Origin: Octopus bimaculoides
Lineage: Eukaryota
Reading direction: 5' to 3'
DNA length: 64,000 nt
Assembly: GCF_001194135.2 (NCBI RefSeq)
Contig: NC_068981.1
Coordinates: 57,101,072 to 57,165,071 of the forward strand
The translations under genes and the position numbers were made by a program. Within the stretch, counting starts at the first letter, position 1, and each line of letters opens with the position of its first letter. The notes under the pieces were generated by a model. The model was given only the letters and a program-made list of their open reading frames with translations. It was not told where the DNA came from and ran no database searches. Shown here piece after piece: positions 1 to 11,939 of the stretch.

Positions 1-23
1 TATATATACATATATATGTATAC

Positions 24-63
<40 letters not shown>

Positions 64-134
64 GTATATATATTATATGTATATATATACGTGTATGTAT
101 GTCTATACTATTATATATACATATATATGTATAC

Positions 135-165
<31 letters not shown>

Positions 166-269
166 CATACATACATATATGTATATACATACATATAAAC
201 ACATATAAAAGCATACATATCTGTGTGTAAGTATTAATGTGTACCTGTCTAATAGTATAGATCCATGTA

Positions 270-353
<84 letters not shown>

Positions 354-743
354 TATATATATACATGTGGATATATATATATACATGTGTGTGTGTATAT
401 ATATGTAAATAGATAGATGCATAAATATATATATATATAAATATATTTACATAGATATATATATGAATATATACATATATATGCATATTGATATATATGT
501 ATACGCATTATATATATATATATATATATATACAGACACAGACATATCGGTGTGTATATATTTATATATAAACTTAAATGTATATGTATGCATATATATA
601 CAGATAGATAGTGAGAGAGAGAGAAAGAGAGAAATAGGTATATGATTATATACTATTCATATACATTTGTGTATGTGAATAATCATATATGTATATCAAT
701 AAAAGTATACATATGTATATATATATATATATATAAATGTATG

Positions 744-775
<32 letters not shown>

Positions 776-1201
776 GAGAGATGTATACAAATCAAATTTT
801 TATATATAAAAGATGGAGGTGAAAATAGCACAGAAGTAAGTCTAAGACATTTCAATTTAAGAAGGAATTTAATAAAAATGCTTTTAAAAATTATATAAAG
901 AAAATATTACCAGGTTCAATGCATCTCATCTTATCAAATATCAGTAAAAATTCATAAAAATTTGAAGTAAAANNNNNNNNNNNNNNNNNNNNNNNNNNNN
1001 NNNNNNNNNNNNNNNNNNNNNNNNNNNNNNNNNNNNNNNNNNNNNNNNNNNNNNNNNNNNNNNNNNNNNNNNATATGTATGTATATGCGTGTATATATGT
1101 ATGTAAATATATATGTATATGTATGTGTGTATATATATATATGTATATGTATATATGGGTATGTATATATGTATATATATGTATATATATATGTATATAC
1201 A

Positions 1202-1267
<66 letters not shown>

Positions 1268-1357
1268 TATATATGAATTTATGTTTATATATGTGTGTGT
1301 GTATATATATGTGTGTGTGTGTGTATATATATATTTTTGTGCATATATATATATGTG

Positions 1358-1388
<31 letters not shown>

Positions 1389-1490
1389 TTGTATACATAT
1401 ATATGTGTATATATATATATATGTGTGTGTGTGTGTATATATATGTGTATATATGTATATATATATATAAATATATATATATTTATATAC
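1..1490. repeat. (TA)n/(TG)n low-complexity microsatellite field (interrupted by an N-gap at 973-1072)
   Basis: Near-continuous TA/CA/TG dinucleotide runs; these generate the spurious YI/CV ORFs in the track. Confidence 0.95.
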
Positions 1491-1532
1491 ATCACTTCAC
1501 TGATATGATAGTAACCTATATACTCTAATGAA

Positions 1533-1850
1533 AGCAAGTCGTTTAGTGGTTAAGGTGTTCAGCTCACAATCGTAATGTCAAGAATTTGGTTCCCAGCAGC
1601 ACGTTGTCTCCTTCACTATACACTCTATTCCATGTTTTTGCAATCTGCTCCACTGCCAAATATGTGTGCACCTGTATTTCAAAGGGACAACCTTATCATC
1701 ATCTGTGTCATGTAGAATCTCCCTCAGAAATGCATTAGGGGTACGTTTGTCTACGGATTGCTCAGCCACTTGCCCATTAATTCCATGTGCAGTTTTTTTC
1801 TTTTAATTGGATAAACTGATGCCCTCGTCGTCATAACTGACGAAGTGCCT
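1533..1850 (+). mobile_element. Degraded tRNA-derived SINE, related to the copy at 44419-44800
   Basis: tRNA-like head (AGTGGTTAAGG) plus a central block TTCAAAGGG...GGGTAC...TGCTCAGCCACTTGC..TTAATT and an end ...CGAAGTGCC, matching the reverse complement of 44419-44600. Confidence 0.7.
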
Positions 1851-2126
1851 GTATATGTATATGTATTCACATATATTTTCATACACACACACACACACAT
1901 GTATATATATATGTATATATATCTGTATGCATATATAGGTTTGTGTCCACCTCTTGCCATTTCACAACTGCTGTTGGTTTGTTTACATTTCCATAACATA
2001 GCAGTTCAGCAACAGAGAATGATAGAAAAGTTACTGGGCTTGATAAGTTACTGCTGGGGTTGATTCATTTTATTGTGTTCCTTCCAGATAGTACCCCAGT
2101 ATGACTGCAGTCCCATGGCATTTATA

Positions 2127-2171
<45 letters not shown>

Positions 2172-2355
2172 TGTACACATACATACATGCACAGAATTAA
2201 AAACATAACTGGAAAGCAAGGTAAAAAAAAATAGTACTCATATACCAAAAATAGAGCAATATACTATTTGTTGAAGTCATAATAATCTTCACAAACTGTT
2301 ACTCAGAGTTTCACATTACCTTTCATTGGGTTGTTCTGAATCTTATATATATATA

Positions 2356-2584
2356 GATGCAGGAGTGGCTGTGTGGTAAGTAGCTTGCTTACCAACCCAC
2401 ATGGTTCTGGTTTCAGTTCCACTGCGTGGCACCTTGGGCAAATGTCTTCTACTATAGCTTCAGGCAGGCCAACCAAAGCCTTGAGAGTGGATTTGGTAGA
2501 CAGAAACTGAAAGAAGCCCATCGTATATATATATATATATATATATATAGTGGGTTGAACCCCCAACCCCTAACTCTCTCACGT

Positions 2585-2619
<35 letters not shown>

Positions 2620-2852
2620 AGGCATATATATATATATATACATATGTGTTTGTGTGTTTGTCCTCCCGCCATCACTTGATGACCGATGCTGGTTGGTTTG
2701 CTTCCCATAACTTAGAGGCTCATCAAGAGAGACCAATGGAATAAGTACTAGGCTTACAAAAAATGAGTCCTGGAGTCGATTTGTTTGACCAAAAGGCAGT
2801 GCTCCAGCATGGCTGCAATCAAATGACTGAAACAAAGAAAAGAGTAAAAGAG
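2356..2852 (+). mobile_element. Bipartite tRNA-derived SINE (family A), full length
   Basis: Head GCAGGAGTGGCTGTGTGGTAAG...GTTCAGTTCCAC, CORE-like CCTTGGGCAA segment, internal (TA)/(TG) microsatellite, 3' tail ...CAGCATGGCTGCAATCAAATGACTGAAACAAAGAAAAGAG; repeated many times in the window. Confidence 0.9.
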
Positions 2853-2872
2853 TATATATATATATATATATA

Positions 2873-3029
2873 TGGGAGAATGTACAAATAATAACAACAC
2901 ACGAGGACAGGTGGTGTAAATAACAAAAGTATATATTAGTATGACGGTCGGGAATACGGAAAGTCTTTGACGTTTCGAGCTACGCTCTTCAACAGAAAGA
3001 ATACGGAGACAAGGAGAAAAACACGGATA
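2873..3029 (-). mobile_element. Short Penelope-pseudo-LTR-like fragment between (TA)n tracts, carrying a hammerhead-like motif
   Basis: Non-microsatellite block flanked on both sides by (TA)n; the minus strand contains TCTTT-CTGTTGAA-GAGC-GTA-GCTC-GAAAC-GTC-AAAGA. Confidence 0.6.
2964..3000 (-). ncRNA. Minimal type-I hammerhead-like motif with variant core (CUGUUGA+A)
   Basis: Helix I TCTTT/AAAGA, helix II GAGC/GCTC, GAAAC, loop-less ACGT palindrome as helix III, GUC cleavage triplet. The core deviates from CUGANGA, so activity is uncertain. Confidence 0.55.
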
Positions 3030-3659
3030 TATATATATATACATATATAAATATATACATATATATATATATACATATATATATCTATACATATATACAT
3101 ATATATATACATATATATATATATATACATNNNNNNNNNNNNNNNNNNNNNNNNNNNNNNNNNNNNNNNNNNNNNNNNNNNNNNNNNNNNNNNNNNNNNN
3201 NNNNNNNNNNNNNNNNNNNNNNNNNNNNNNNNNNNNNNNNNNNNNNNNNNNNNNNNNNNNNNNNNNNNNNNNNNNNNNNNNNNNNNNNNNNNNNNNNNNN
3301 NNNNNNNNNNNNNNNNNNNNNNNNNNNNNNNNNNNNNNNNNNNNNNNNNNNNNNNNNNNNNNNNNNNNNNNNNNNNNNNNNNNNNNNNNNNNNNNNNNNN
3401 NNNNNNNNNNNNNNNNNNNNNNNNNNNNNNNNNNNNNNNNNNNNNNNNNNNNNNNNNNNNNNNNNNNNNNNNNNNNNNNNNNNNNNNNNNNNNNNNNNNN
3501 NNNNNNNNNNNNNNNNNNNNNNNNNNNNNNNNNNNNNNNNNNNNNNNNNNNNNNNNNNNNNNNNNNNNNNNNNNNNNNNNNNNNNNNNNNNNNNNNNNNN
3601 NNNNNNNNNNNNNNNNNNNNNNNNNNNNNNNNNNNNNNNNNNNNNNNNNNNNNNNNNNN

Positions 3660-3696
<37 letters not shown>

Positions 3697-3698
<2 letters not shown>

Positions 3699-4075
3699 CC
3701 TGGCTGTGTCATAAGAAGTTTGCTTCCCAACCACATGGTCGTGGGTTCAGTCTCACTGCGTGAAACCTTGGGTAAGTCTCTTCTATTATAGCCTCAGGCC
3801 AACCAAAAGCCTTGTGAGTCGGTTTGGTAGAAGGATACTGACAGAAGCCCGTCATATATACACATGTATGTGTATGTGTATGTGTGTGTCTTTATGTCTG
3901 TGATTGTTTCCCATCACTGCTTGACAACTGATGTTGGTGTGTTTACATCCTGTAACTTAGCGGTTCAGCAAAAGTGATTGAGAGAATAACTACTAGGGTC
4001 GATTTGTTCAACTAAAACTCTTCAAGGCAGTGTTCCGGCATGGTCACAATCAACTGACTGAAACAAGTAAAAGAA
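3697..4075 (+). mobile_element. Family A SINE, diverged full-length copy
   Basis: Collinear with 2356-2852 from head to 3' tail GACTGAAACAAGTAAAAG. Confidence 0.85.
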
Positions 4076-4543
4076 TTAAAAAATATGAATATATATACAA
4101 GTATATATGCAAATAAATTTTCAAGTACATATAAATCTTTATCCATGTATGTATTAATGTATATGAATATAGATATATATGTGTGTGTGTGTCTCCAAAT
4201 ACACATATATTGGCATGTATGTATATTTATATATACATTTATATTGATGTGTATATATTTTTATGTCTCTACATGTATGTATATATATATATATATATAC
4301 ATGTGTATGTTTATATACATCTCTCTATATATATATATGTGTGTATGTGTGTGTGTGTGTGTGTGTCTGTAGATATGAATTTGTGTTTGTATCCATGTAG
4401 AAATACATATTATGTAGATATTGCTATGTGTTCATGCATTAATATATCAGGATTATGTGTGTGTGTGTGTGTGTGTATCTATATATATATATATATGTGT
4501 GTGTTTATATATTGATATATATGTATGTATATATAGAAAGAGA

Positions 4544-4669
4544 GAGCTGTTGACATTGTTTATCGACATTGTGTGGAATGTGTGAGCTGTTGACATTGTT
4601 TTGACATTGTATATATATGTATGTATATATTTAGAGAGCTGTTGACATTGTGTATCAAGCTGTTGACAT
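4544..4669. repeat. Local cluster of GAGCTGTTGACATTGT repeats
   Basis: Motif at 4544, 4584 and 4636, partial at 4658, plus extra GACATTGT units. Confidence 0.8.
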
Positions 4670-4690
4670 GTACATATATTTTTGTTTGTA

Positions 4691-4723
<33 letters not shown>

Positions 4724-4743
4724 GTATTCTATATTGTATATAT

Positions 4744-4797
<54 letters not shown>

Positions 4798-4894
4798 TGC
4801 ACTTGTGCATTTATATATATCTGTGTGTATGTGTGTGTGATAAATGTATAAATGTATACAATACATGTTGCAGAAATTTTTCTGTGTTTCTGAA

Positions 4895-5030
4895 TATTGC
4901 TTCAAACCTGTTGTTTCAGGTTCTGTTCCACTAAATACCACTCTGGGCAAATGTCATCTAGTTTTACTCCATGTGAGCAAAAGCCCTGTGAATGAATTTG
5001 CCAGACACAAACTGAAAGATGCCTGTCATG
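4895..5030 (+). mobile_element. Family A SINE head, degraded
   Basis: GTTTCAGGTTCTGTTCCAC...CTCTGGGCAAATGTC...GTGAATGAATTTG...AAACTGAAAGA resembles the family head. Confidence 0.6.
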
Positions 5031-5443
5031 TTTACATGTGTTTGTGTGTGTGTTTTCATATTTGTATTTCTGTTCGTATTTGTGTGCATCAATGTGTGTA
5101 TTGTGTATATGTGTGTATATATATATATAATATATAAAAATTGTTATATCATTGTCAATGTTCACTTTTCCACACTTGCATTTGCTGAGAGGGAATTTAT
5201 TGAGAGAATTTTTTTACAGTTGTGGCACATCCTCACCTGTTTGTAAGCAATGAAATATTTTCCCTTGGCTAAACATGTTTTTCACTTGAAATGAACAACC
5301 TCACTTGTCACTGAGATACTCATTTACAACTATCACATGATATCTAGACAAGGGTATTCATAAACTCACATACATTCACTCACACACACACACACACATA
5401 TGTATGTGTATGTGTAAGTTTGTGTATGCATGTATGTATGTAG

Positions 5444-5497
<54 letters not shown>

Positions 5498-5683
5498 GTC
5501 TTAAATGTTCTACTTTCAGTTTCTATCATAAATTCATTCACAAGGCTTTGGTCTGCCCAAGGGTTATAGTAGAAGAGCACTGGCCCACTGCAGTGCAACA
5601 TCATCTGCTTCCTACCACATAGTGGCGAAGCAAGTTTCATAAACCCATAAACACACAGTTATACCTGTGCCTGTATATGTATG

Positions 5684-6021
5684 CCCAGCGTCGCCTTTCT
5701 GGCGCTTGTGCCCGTGGCATGTGTAAGGACTTTCGAGCGAGATCGTTGCCAGTGTCCCTGGACTGGCTCTTGTGCGGGTGGCACATAAAGTACACCATTT
5801 GAGCATGGCCGTTGCCAGTACCGCCTGACTGGCCTTCATGCCGGTGGCACGTAAAAGCACCCACTACACTCTCAGAGTGGTTGGCGTTAGGAAGGGCATC
5901 CAGCTGTAGGAACTCTGCCAAATCAGATTGAAGCCTGGTGTTGCCATCCGGTTTCACCAGTCCTCAGTCAAATCGTCCAACCCATGCTAGCATGGAAAGC
6001 GGACGTTAAACGATGATGATG
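5684..6021 (+). mobile_element. RTE-LINE 3' region / RTE-tailed element (family B) ending in (GAT)n
   Basis: GGTTGGCGTTAGGAAGGGCATCCAGCTG core, CCATGCTAGCATGG palindrome, GGACGTTAAACGATGATGATGAT end; the same tail lies on the same strand as, and across a gap from, RTE ORF sequence at 48586-49942. Confidence 0.85.
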
Positions 6022-6038
6022 ATATATATATATGTATG

Positions 6039-6075
<37 letters not shown>

Positions 6076-6723
6076 ATATNNNNNNNNNNNNNNNNNNNNN
6101 NNNNNNNNNNNNNNNNNNNNNNNNNNNNNNNNNNNNNNNNNNNNNNNNNNNNNNNNNNNNNNNNNNNNNNNNNNNNNNNNNNNNNNNNNNNNNNNNNNNN
6201 NNNNNNNNNNNNNNNNNNNNNNNNNNNNNNNNNNNNNNNNNNNNNNNNNNNNNNNNNNNNNNNNNNNNNNNNNNNNNNNNNNNNNNNNNNNNNNNNNNNN
6301 NNNNNNNNNNNNNNNNNNNNNNNNNNNNNNNNNNNNNNNNNNNNNNNNNNNNNNNNNNNNNNNNNNNNNNNNNNNNNNNNNNNNNNNNNNNNNNNNNNNN
6401 NNNNNNNNNNNNNNNNNNNNNNNNNNNNNNNNNNNNNNNNNNNNNNNNNNNNNNNNNNNNNNNNNNNNNNNNNNNNNNNNNNNNNNNNNNNNNNNNNNNN
6501 NNNNNNNNNNNNNNNNNNNNNNNNNNNNNNNNNNNNNNNNNNNNNNNNNNNNNNNNNNNNNNNNNNNNNNNNNNNNNNNNNNNNNNNNNNNNNNNNNNNN
6601 NNNNNNNNNNNNNNNNNNNNNNNNNNNNNNNNNNNNNNNNNNNNNNNNNNNNNNNNNNNNNNNNNNNNNNNNNNNNNNNNNNNNNNNNNNNNNNNNNNNN
6701 NNNNNNNNNNNNNNNNNNNNNNN

Positions 6724-7065
6724 TTTCACTGCCATGTAGCATGGTTGTTCGTACGCATGCGTCATACAGTCTGCCTTTTACTCTGAGTGAGAGTCCCTTT
6801 GTCGCCAGCAGGGGTAAGAGCTCTCTAAACTTTGCCCAGGCTATTCTTATTCTAGCAGCTACACTTTCAGCGCACCCACCCCCACTACTAACTTGGTCGC
6901 CCAGATAGCGGAAGCTATCGACTACCTCTAGTTTTTCACCCTGGAATGAGATAGAAGTTGTTTCCTGTTTGTTTGCAGTCTTTATTGCACCTGAACATCT
7001 GCCACAAACAAAAACTAACTTGCTAGTTAACCTGCCTTTGATGTTGCTGCACCTCTTATGTGTCC

Positions 7066-7066
<1 letters not shown>
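6724..7066 (-). mobile_element. RTE-clade LINE ORF2 fragment (PHD C-half, YLG thumb region)
   Basis: Translation WTHKRCS...VCGRC...LEVVDSFRYLGD...RIRIAWAKFRELLPLL...KGRLYDACVRTTMLHGSE, typical of the LINE RT C-terminal region; apparently identical to 49568-49821 over the overlap. Confidence 0.9.
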
Positions 7067-7107
<41 letters not shown>

Positions 7108-7475
7108 GTATGTACATGAATATGTGTATACACATAAGTATTTATTGTATGTGCATGTATATGTGTAGATATATATACACACACACACACACACATATAT
7201 GTTTAAGATTTTGCTTAGATATAGTGATATCCATAACCTGGTGTTAGAACTCAATATACCTATGCTTAAGAATGACGTGTTAGTTGAGTACAGAGCATAA
7301 TAAGAAATTAGAGAAATGACAAGAGAACAAGAAATTATGTAAGGAACTTGGTTAGCTTACAGGTGTCTCTCCTATAAGATGCAATGCACTCATAGCTGAG
7401 TGCTTGTGTAACATTCCTTTGTTGGTGCTTAAAAAATGAAGTTTATTACGTAATTTGTTGTTCCCTTGCCATAAT

Positions 7476-7513
<38 letters not shown>

Positions 7514-8189
7514 NNNNNNNNNNNNNNNNNNNNNNNNNNNNNNNNNNNNNNNNNNNNNNNNNNNNNNNNNNNNNNNNNNNNNNNNNNNNNNNNNNNNNNN
7601 NNNNNNNNNNNNNNNNNNNNNNNNNNNNNNNNNNNNNNNNNNNNNNNNNNNNNNNNNNNNNNNNNNNNNNNNNNNNNNNNNNNNNNNNNNNNNNNNNNNN
7701 NNNNNNNNNNNNNNNNNNNNNNNNNNNNNNNNNNNNNNNNNNNNNNNNNNNNNNNNNNNNNNNNNNNNNNNNNNNNNNNNNNNNNNNNNNNNNNNNNNNN
7801 NNNNNNNNNNNNNNNNNNNNNNNNNNNNNNNNNNNNNNNNNNNNNNNNNNNNNNNNNNNNNNNNNNNNNNNNNNNNNNNNNNNNNNNNNNNNNNNNNNNN
7901 NNNNNNNNNNNNNNNNNNNNNNNNNNNNNNNNNNNNNNNNNNNNNNNNNNNNNNNNNNNNNNNNNNNNNNNNNNNNNNNNNNNNNNNNNNNNNNNNNNNN
8001 NNNNNNNNNNNNNNNNNNNNNNNNNNNNNNNNNNNNNNNNNNNNNNNNNNNNNNNNNNNNNNNNNNNNNNNNNNNNNNNNNNNNNNNNNNNNNNNNNNNN
8101 NNNNNNNNNNNNNNNNNNNNNNNNNNNNNNNNNNNNNNNNNNNNNNNNNNNNNNNNNNNNNNNNNNNNNATATATATATATATATAAAC

Positions 8190-8459
8190 TTAAATATGTT
8201 TCGACCAAAGATTGGTCCAGGCCATGTGTAACTTTAATAGCACCACCTGATAGGATTATCTAAATCCTTTTTAAGTCACGTTTTGTGGTATCATGGTCCA
8301 TTCAATTAGTGAGTTCTTGTTAAGTGAGTTGTATCCAGGTATAGATGGCTTTTCTGGTATTCCTTGAAGAAATTTGTCCAGACTCCATTTAAAGGTGATG
8401 GGATCCTTTTCCTCTTTGATCAGTTTTGAGACAATGTTAAACAGAGCAGGGCCTATTGA
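8190..8459 (-). mobile_element. LINE (CR1/L2/Jockey-group-like) ORF2 C-terminus plus 3' UTR
   Basis: Open minus frame SIGPALFNIVSKLIKEEKDPITFKWSLDKFLQGIPEKPSIPGYNSLNKNSLIEW..., matching the GPxLFN...FK..LD.FL..IPD.P..PGY C-terminal pattern of non-RTE LINEs; ends in a (TA)n tract. Confidence 0.7.
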
Positions 8460-9984
8460 GGAAAAGAATTGTGTATATATATGTGTGTGTGTGTCTGTCT
8501 GTGCATTTATTTATAAATCAGTACATGTACGTACATATATAAATATCTATATTCATATGTAGATAAAAAGAAAAAAAGATAGATAGATAGAGAGAGAGAG
8601 AGAGAAGGGGGGAGGTAGTGATATTGGGGTACTGTATGACCAAATTGTTAGGAAGTTTGACAACTTCAATCTATTGAGTTCAACCTTGTGCAAGTATTAT
8701 CTTTTTATAGCCTCATTTCTAACCATGGCTTAGTAATGCAATATGGTAAGTGCAAATTGCATGGAAACCCACCAGAAGGATTATGCAAGCAATGCAACAT
8801 GTATTGCCTAGTCATACACTGTATTACACTCATCACACCTGAATGGTCACCTGTGGAGTCACTGGAATTTTCAGTCACTTTCATGTGCATTCAGAAGCAA
8901 CTTAGTAGCTGATATAAATCAAATCCTAATTGTTAAACAATAGACATCCACTAACATATATATATATATATATATTTATATATATNNNNNNNNNNNNNNN
9001 NNNNNNNNNNNNNNNNNNNNNNNNNNNNNNNNNNNNNNNNNNNNNNNNNNNNNNNNNNNNNNNNNNNNNNNNNNNNNNNNNNNNNNNNNNNNNNNNNNNN
9101 NNNNNNNNNNNNNNNNNNNNNNNNNNNNNNNNNNNNNNNNNNNNNNNNNNNNNNNNNNNNNNNNNNNNNNNNNNNNNNNNNNNNTATATATAAAACAAAA
9201 AATTAGGAGTTTAAGTTCAAATCATTAGTATGTTTTCTTTACTAAGCATACCCAGCTTTCACTTATTTTCTGTATATATTTATATGTGCTTATTGTTTCT
9301 GTATGTATAAATATGTATGTTATTTACACACACAGACATATATGTTAGAGAAGCAGTGTTATTAATTTCTAGTCATCTGTGTAAACAGATCTGGCCATTG
9401 TGCTGTTCGTATTTGAAGAACTTCCAAAGACAGGGCTGGATTAAGACCCATAGTGGCCCTAAGCCCTTAAAAGATTTTAGTGCCTCCATACATATGTAAT
9501 TCAAAATATAAACAATAATAAACCATAAAATAATTTTTTTATTTTTAAATTGAAACAAAACTAACAGATGGAAAATAATGCTCATTTTTTTGATATTCCC
9601 TCTTTATTTATATTTGAAAAGTTTTCTCTTAATTTTTTTAATTGCAAAGTCCTTGATCAGATTCTCACTATGAAGCCATGAACATTTTGAAATTATATTT
9701 CTGATCACATTAACCACTTTGAATATTATTTTGGAAGGTTTAAAGTGATTTCTTTTGTGCTGTAAACCATTTCTGTGATGGTGACATGAAGCATTTGCTG
9801 CCATACAGCTTGATTCAAATGAGTTTCTTCTGAGCAATAGAAACAGAAAAACTAAAATTAAATTGATGATTATGGAGGTGGTGTGTATGCATATATATAT
9901 ACATGTGCATATAATATCTTATATGTACATATGCATAATGTACAAAAGCATACAAATGTACATGTATGTGTGTGTGTGTATCTA

Positions 9985-10140
9985 ATTAAGAATTTTAGTT
10001 CCTGCCAGTTGGTTTCAGTTTCAGTCCCATTTTGCAACATCTTTGGTAGCTTCCTTCTAAAACACCAGGCTGAACAATGCCCTGTGAATGGATTTGGTAG
10101 ATTGAAACTGAAAGAAATCCATCTTGTGTACAAGTGTGTA
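9985..10140 (+). mobile_element. Family A SINE head, degraded
   Basis: GGTTTCAGTTTCAGTCCCA...GTGAATGGATTTGGTAGATTGAAACTGAAAGAA. Confidence 0.65.
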
Positions 10141-10679
10141 TGCGTTTTTGACACAGTAATGATATTTCCTTTCAAGGTATCATCTGCTGGTTTTGTGCCT
10201 TTCAGGTAAAACAGGTAAGGGTTAGCAACAAAAAGGGCATCTCAGTATGAATAGTATATATGCTTTCTGAACTGTCACTTACTGCTCCACCTTCCTGAAC
10301 CATTCTATTATTTTCACCTTTAGACCCAAAGTGATATTTACTCTCTACCACAGCCCCAGATTTGTTCATCATGCATTACATTTACCTCTACCACTATGTC
10401 TAACCATCTGTCCTTTCATAATTTTACGAACTTAAACACTTGCCCCTCCTGATCCTCTGTCCATATTCTCTCTTAATACTCACTTTCTTGAACCTTGAAA
10501 GCATGCCCAAACCTGTCATCACCACCTTTTTCATCTTTCTTTCAAGCAACTTCCATCCAAGCTGAAATAATGCATTTCCTTTTTAGCATCACACCTGTTC
10601 CTTCCCTTTATCATATGTTAACCCCTTAAACACCTGGCATAAGCCACCTCTCACTCTGCTACATCCAAACTCAGTTGAG

Positions 10680-10870
10680 AGTCTTTGTCTTGCAATTTGG
10701 TGTGACCTCAGTAATGTTGGGGCCAAGAAAAAAAGCAATTAACAGAGGCATTAGGAAGGGTTAAGCAGCTACAGAAACCATCTGACAGCAGATACTGGAG
10801 CTCAATGCAGTCCTCCAGCTCTTCTGATACTATCAAACTGTCCGCCCATGCCAGCACAGAAGACAGATGT
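10680..10870 (+). mobile_element. Old RTE-tail (family B-related) fragment
   Basis: GGCATTAGGAAGGG..AGCTACAGAAACC...GTCCGCCCATGCCAGCACAGAA..CAGATGTTAA resembles the family B tail. Confidence 0.55.
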
Positions 10871-11101
10871 TAACCTTTTTGTTACCATATTTCTGTCAAC
10901 ATATGCTGCCTTTGTTTCAATTAATTTTTTTAGAGCAATGAAGTATTTAGTAAAATAACTTCCTCATTACTAAGCTGGGGTCTGGAACAAATTTGCACAA
11001 AATTTTGATGGAAGATTATAACTTAGATAACTTTAAAAAACTATAATTTTATGTCATAGAACCTGGGGTGGTCTCAGGCGGGTTGGTATCAAAAGGGTTA
11101 A
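10870..11101 (+). mobile_element. piggyBac-like MITE (TTAA-flanked, ~224 bp)
   Basis: TTAA at 10870-10873 and 11098-11101; imperfect TIRs CCTTTTTGTTACC / GGTATCAAAAGGG; no ORF. Confidence 0.75.
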
Positions 11102-11141
11102 ATAATGATGATGTTTGTGAGTGTGTATGTATGTCTTTCTT

Positions 11142-11342
11142 TCTTTTATCTTGTCTCAGTCATTTGACTGCAGCCATGCTAGGGCACCACTTTGCAGAAC
11201 TTTTCATCAAATGAACTGACTCCAGTACTTAACTTTTTGTCTTTTCAAAGCCTGGTATTTATTCTATTGGTCTCTTTGGCTGAACCACCAAGTGAAAGGA
11301 ATGTAAACACACCAACACCAGTTGTCAAGCAGTGCTGAGAGG

Positions 11343-11378
<36 letters not shown>

Positions 11379-11540
11379 ACAGGCTTCTTTTAGTTTCTAT
11401 CTACCAAATCCTTTTACAAGGCTTTAATTGACCCAGGGCTATAGTAGAAGACACTTGCACAACGTGCTATGCAGTGGAATTAAACCCCAAACTATGTGGT
11501 TGGGAAGCAAGCTTCTTATCACACAGTCACACCTGCACCT
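11142..11540 (-). mobile_element. Family A SINE, full length
   Basis: Reverse complement of tail (CAGTCATTTGACTG), internal (CA)n and head (GGGAAGCAAGCTTCTTATCACACAG). Confidence 0.85.
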
Positions 11541-11939
11541 CTCTCTCTATATATATATATATGTATAAATGCCCGTGCATATATATCATCCTCCTTTTGC
11601 ACTACCAGTTATCTCCTTCTTCCCATGGAACCACCGCCTAATAACATTCATCTCTCATTCTTGTTGTCATCCTTCTGACTACTTTTCACTAATCTTCCCC
11701 TTTCTATGCCTTCAGTCATCTCTCCTTCTCTAAGCTATATCTTAAGTCTGCCTTCCCTCAACTTCATCACCTCTTGTATCCACTACCATTCTCAGCACCT
11801 TCCCATATCTGCCATCCATTCCTTCCTCTACTAGGGTCACCCTACTTACTATAGCCACCCTTATGTACATCTGACCTCCAGCTCTGTCATTGTATATATA
11901 TCCCACCCTACCTTCTTATACCCTTTTTTTTTTTTTTCA

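Noticed and set aside
2754-3736. Long ORFs spanning N-gaps (also near 6-8 kb, 45-46 kb and 48.6-49.6 kb)
   Set aside because: Length comes from Ns read as X; the flanks are SINE, LINE or microsatellite sequence.
16-5622. Numerous [12 protein letters not shown] ORFs in the track (also throughout the window)
   Set aside because: Translations of dinucleotide microsatellites; no coding signal.
5637-5957. Recurrent MKPDGNTRLQSDLAEFLQLDALPNANHSESVVGAF ORF (also 43645, 45216, 48653, 53590)
   Set aside because: Antisense reading of the RTE 3' tail repeat, not a gene family.
8190-8225. GACCAA-TCT-TTGGTC-GAAAC hairpin on minus, superficially hammerhead-like
   Set aside because: No CUGANGA core upstream and no GUH after helix III; it is the LINE 3' UTR stem-loop.
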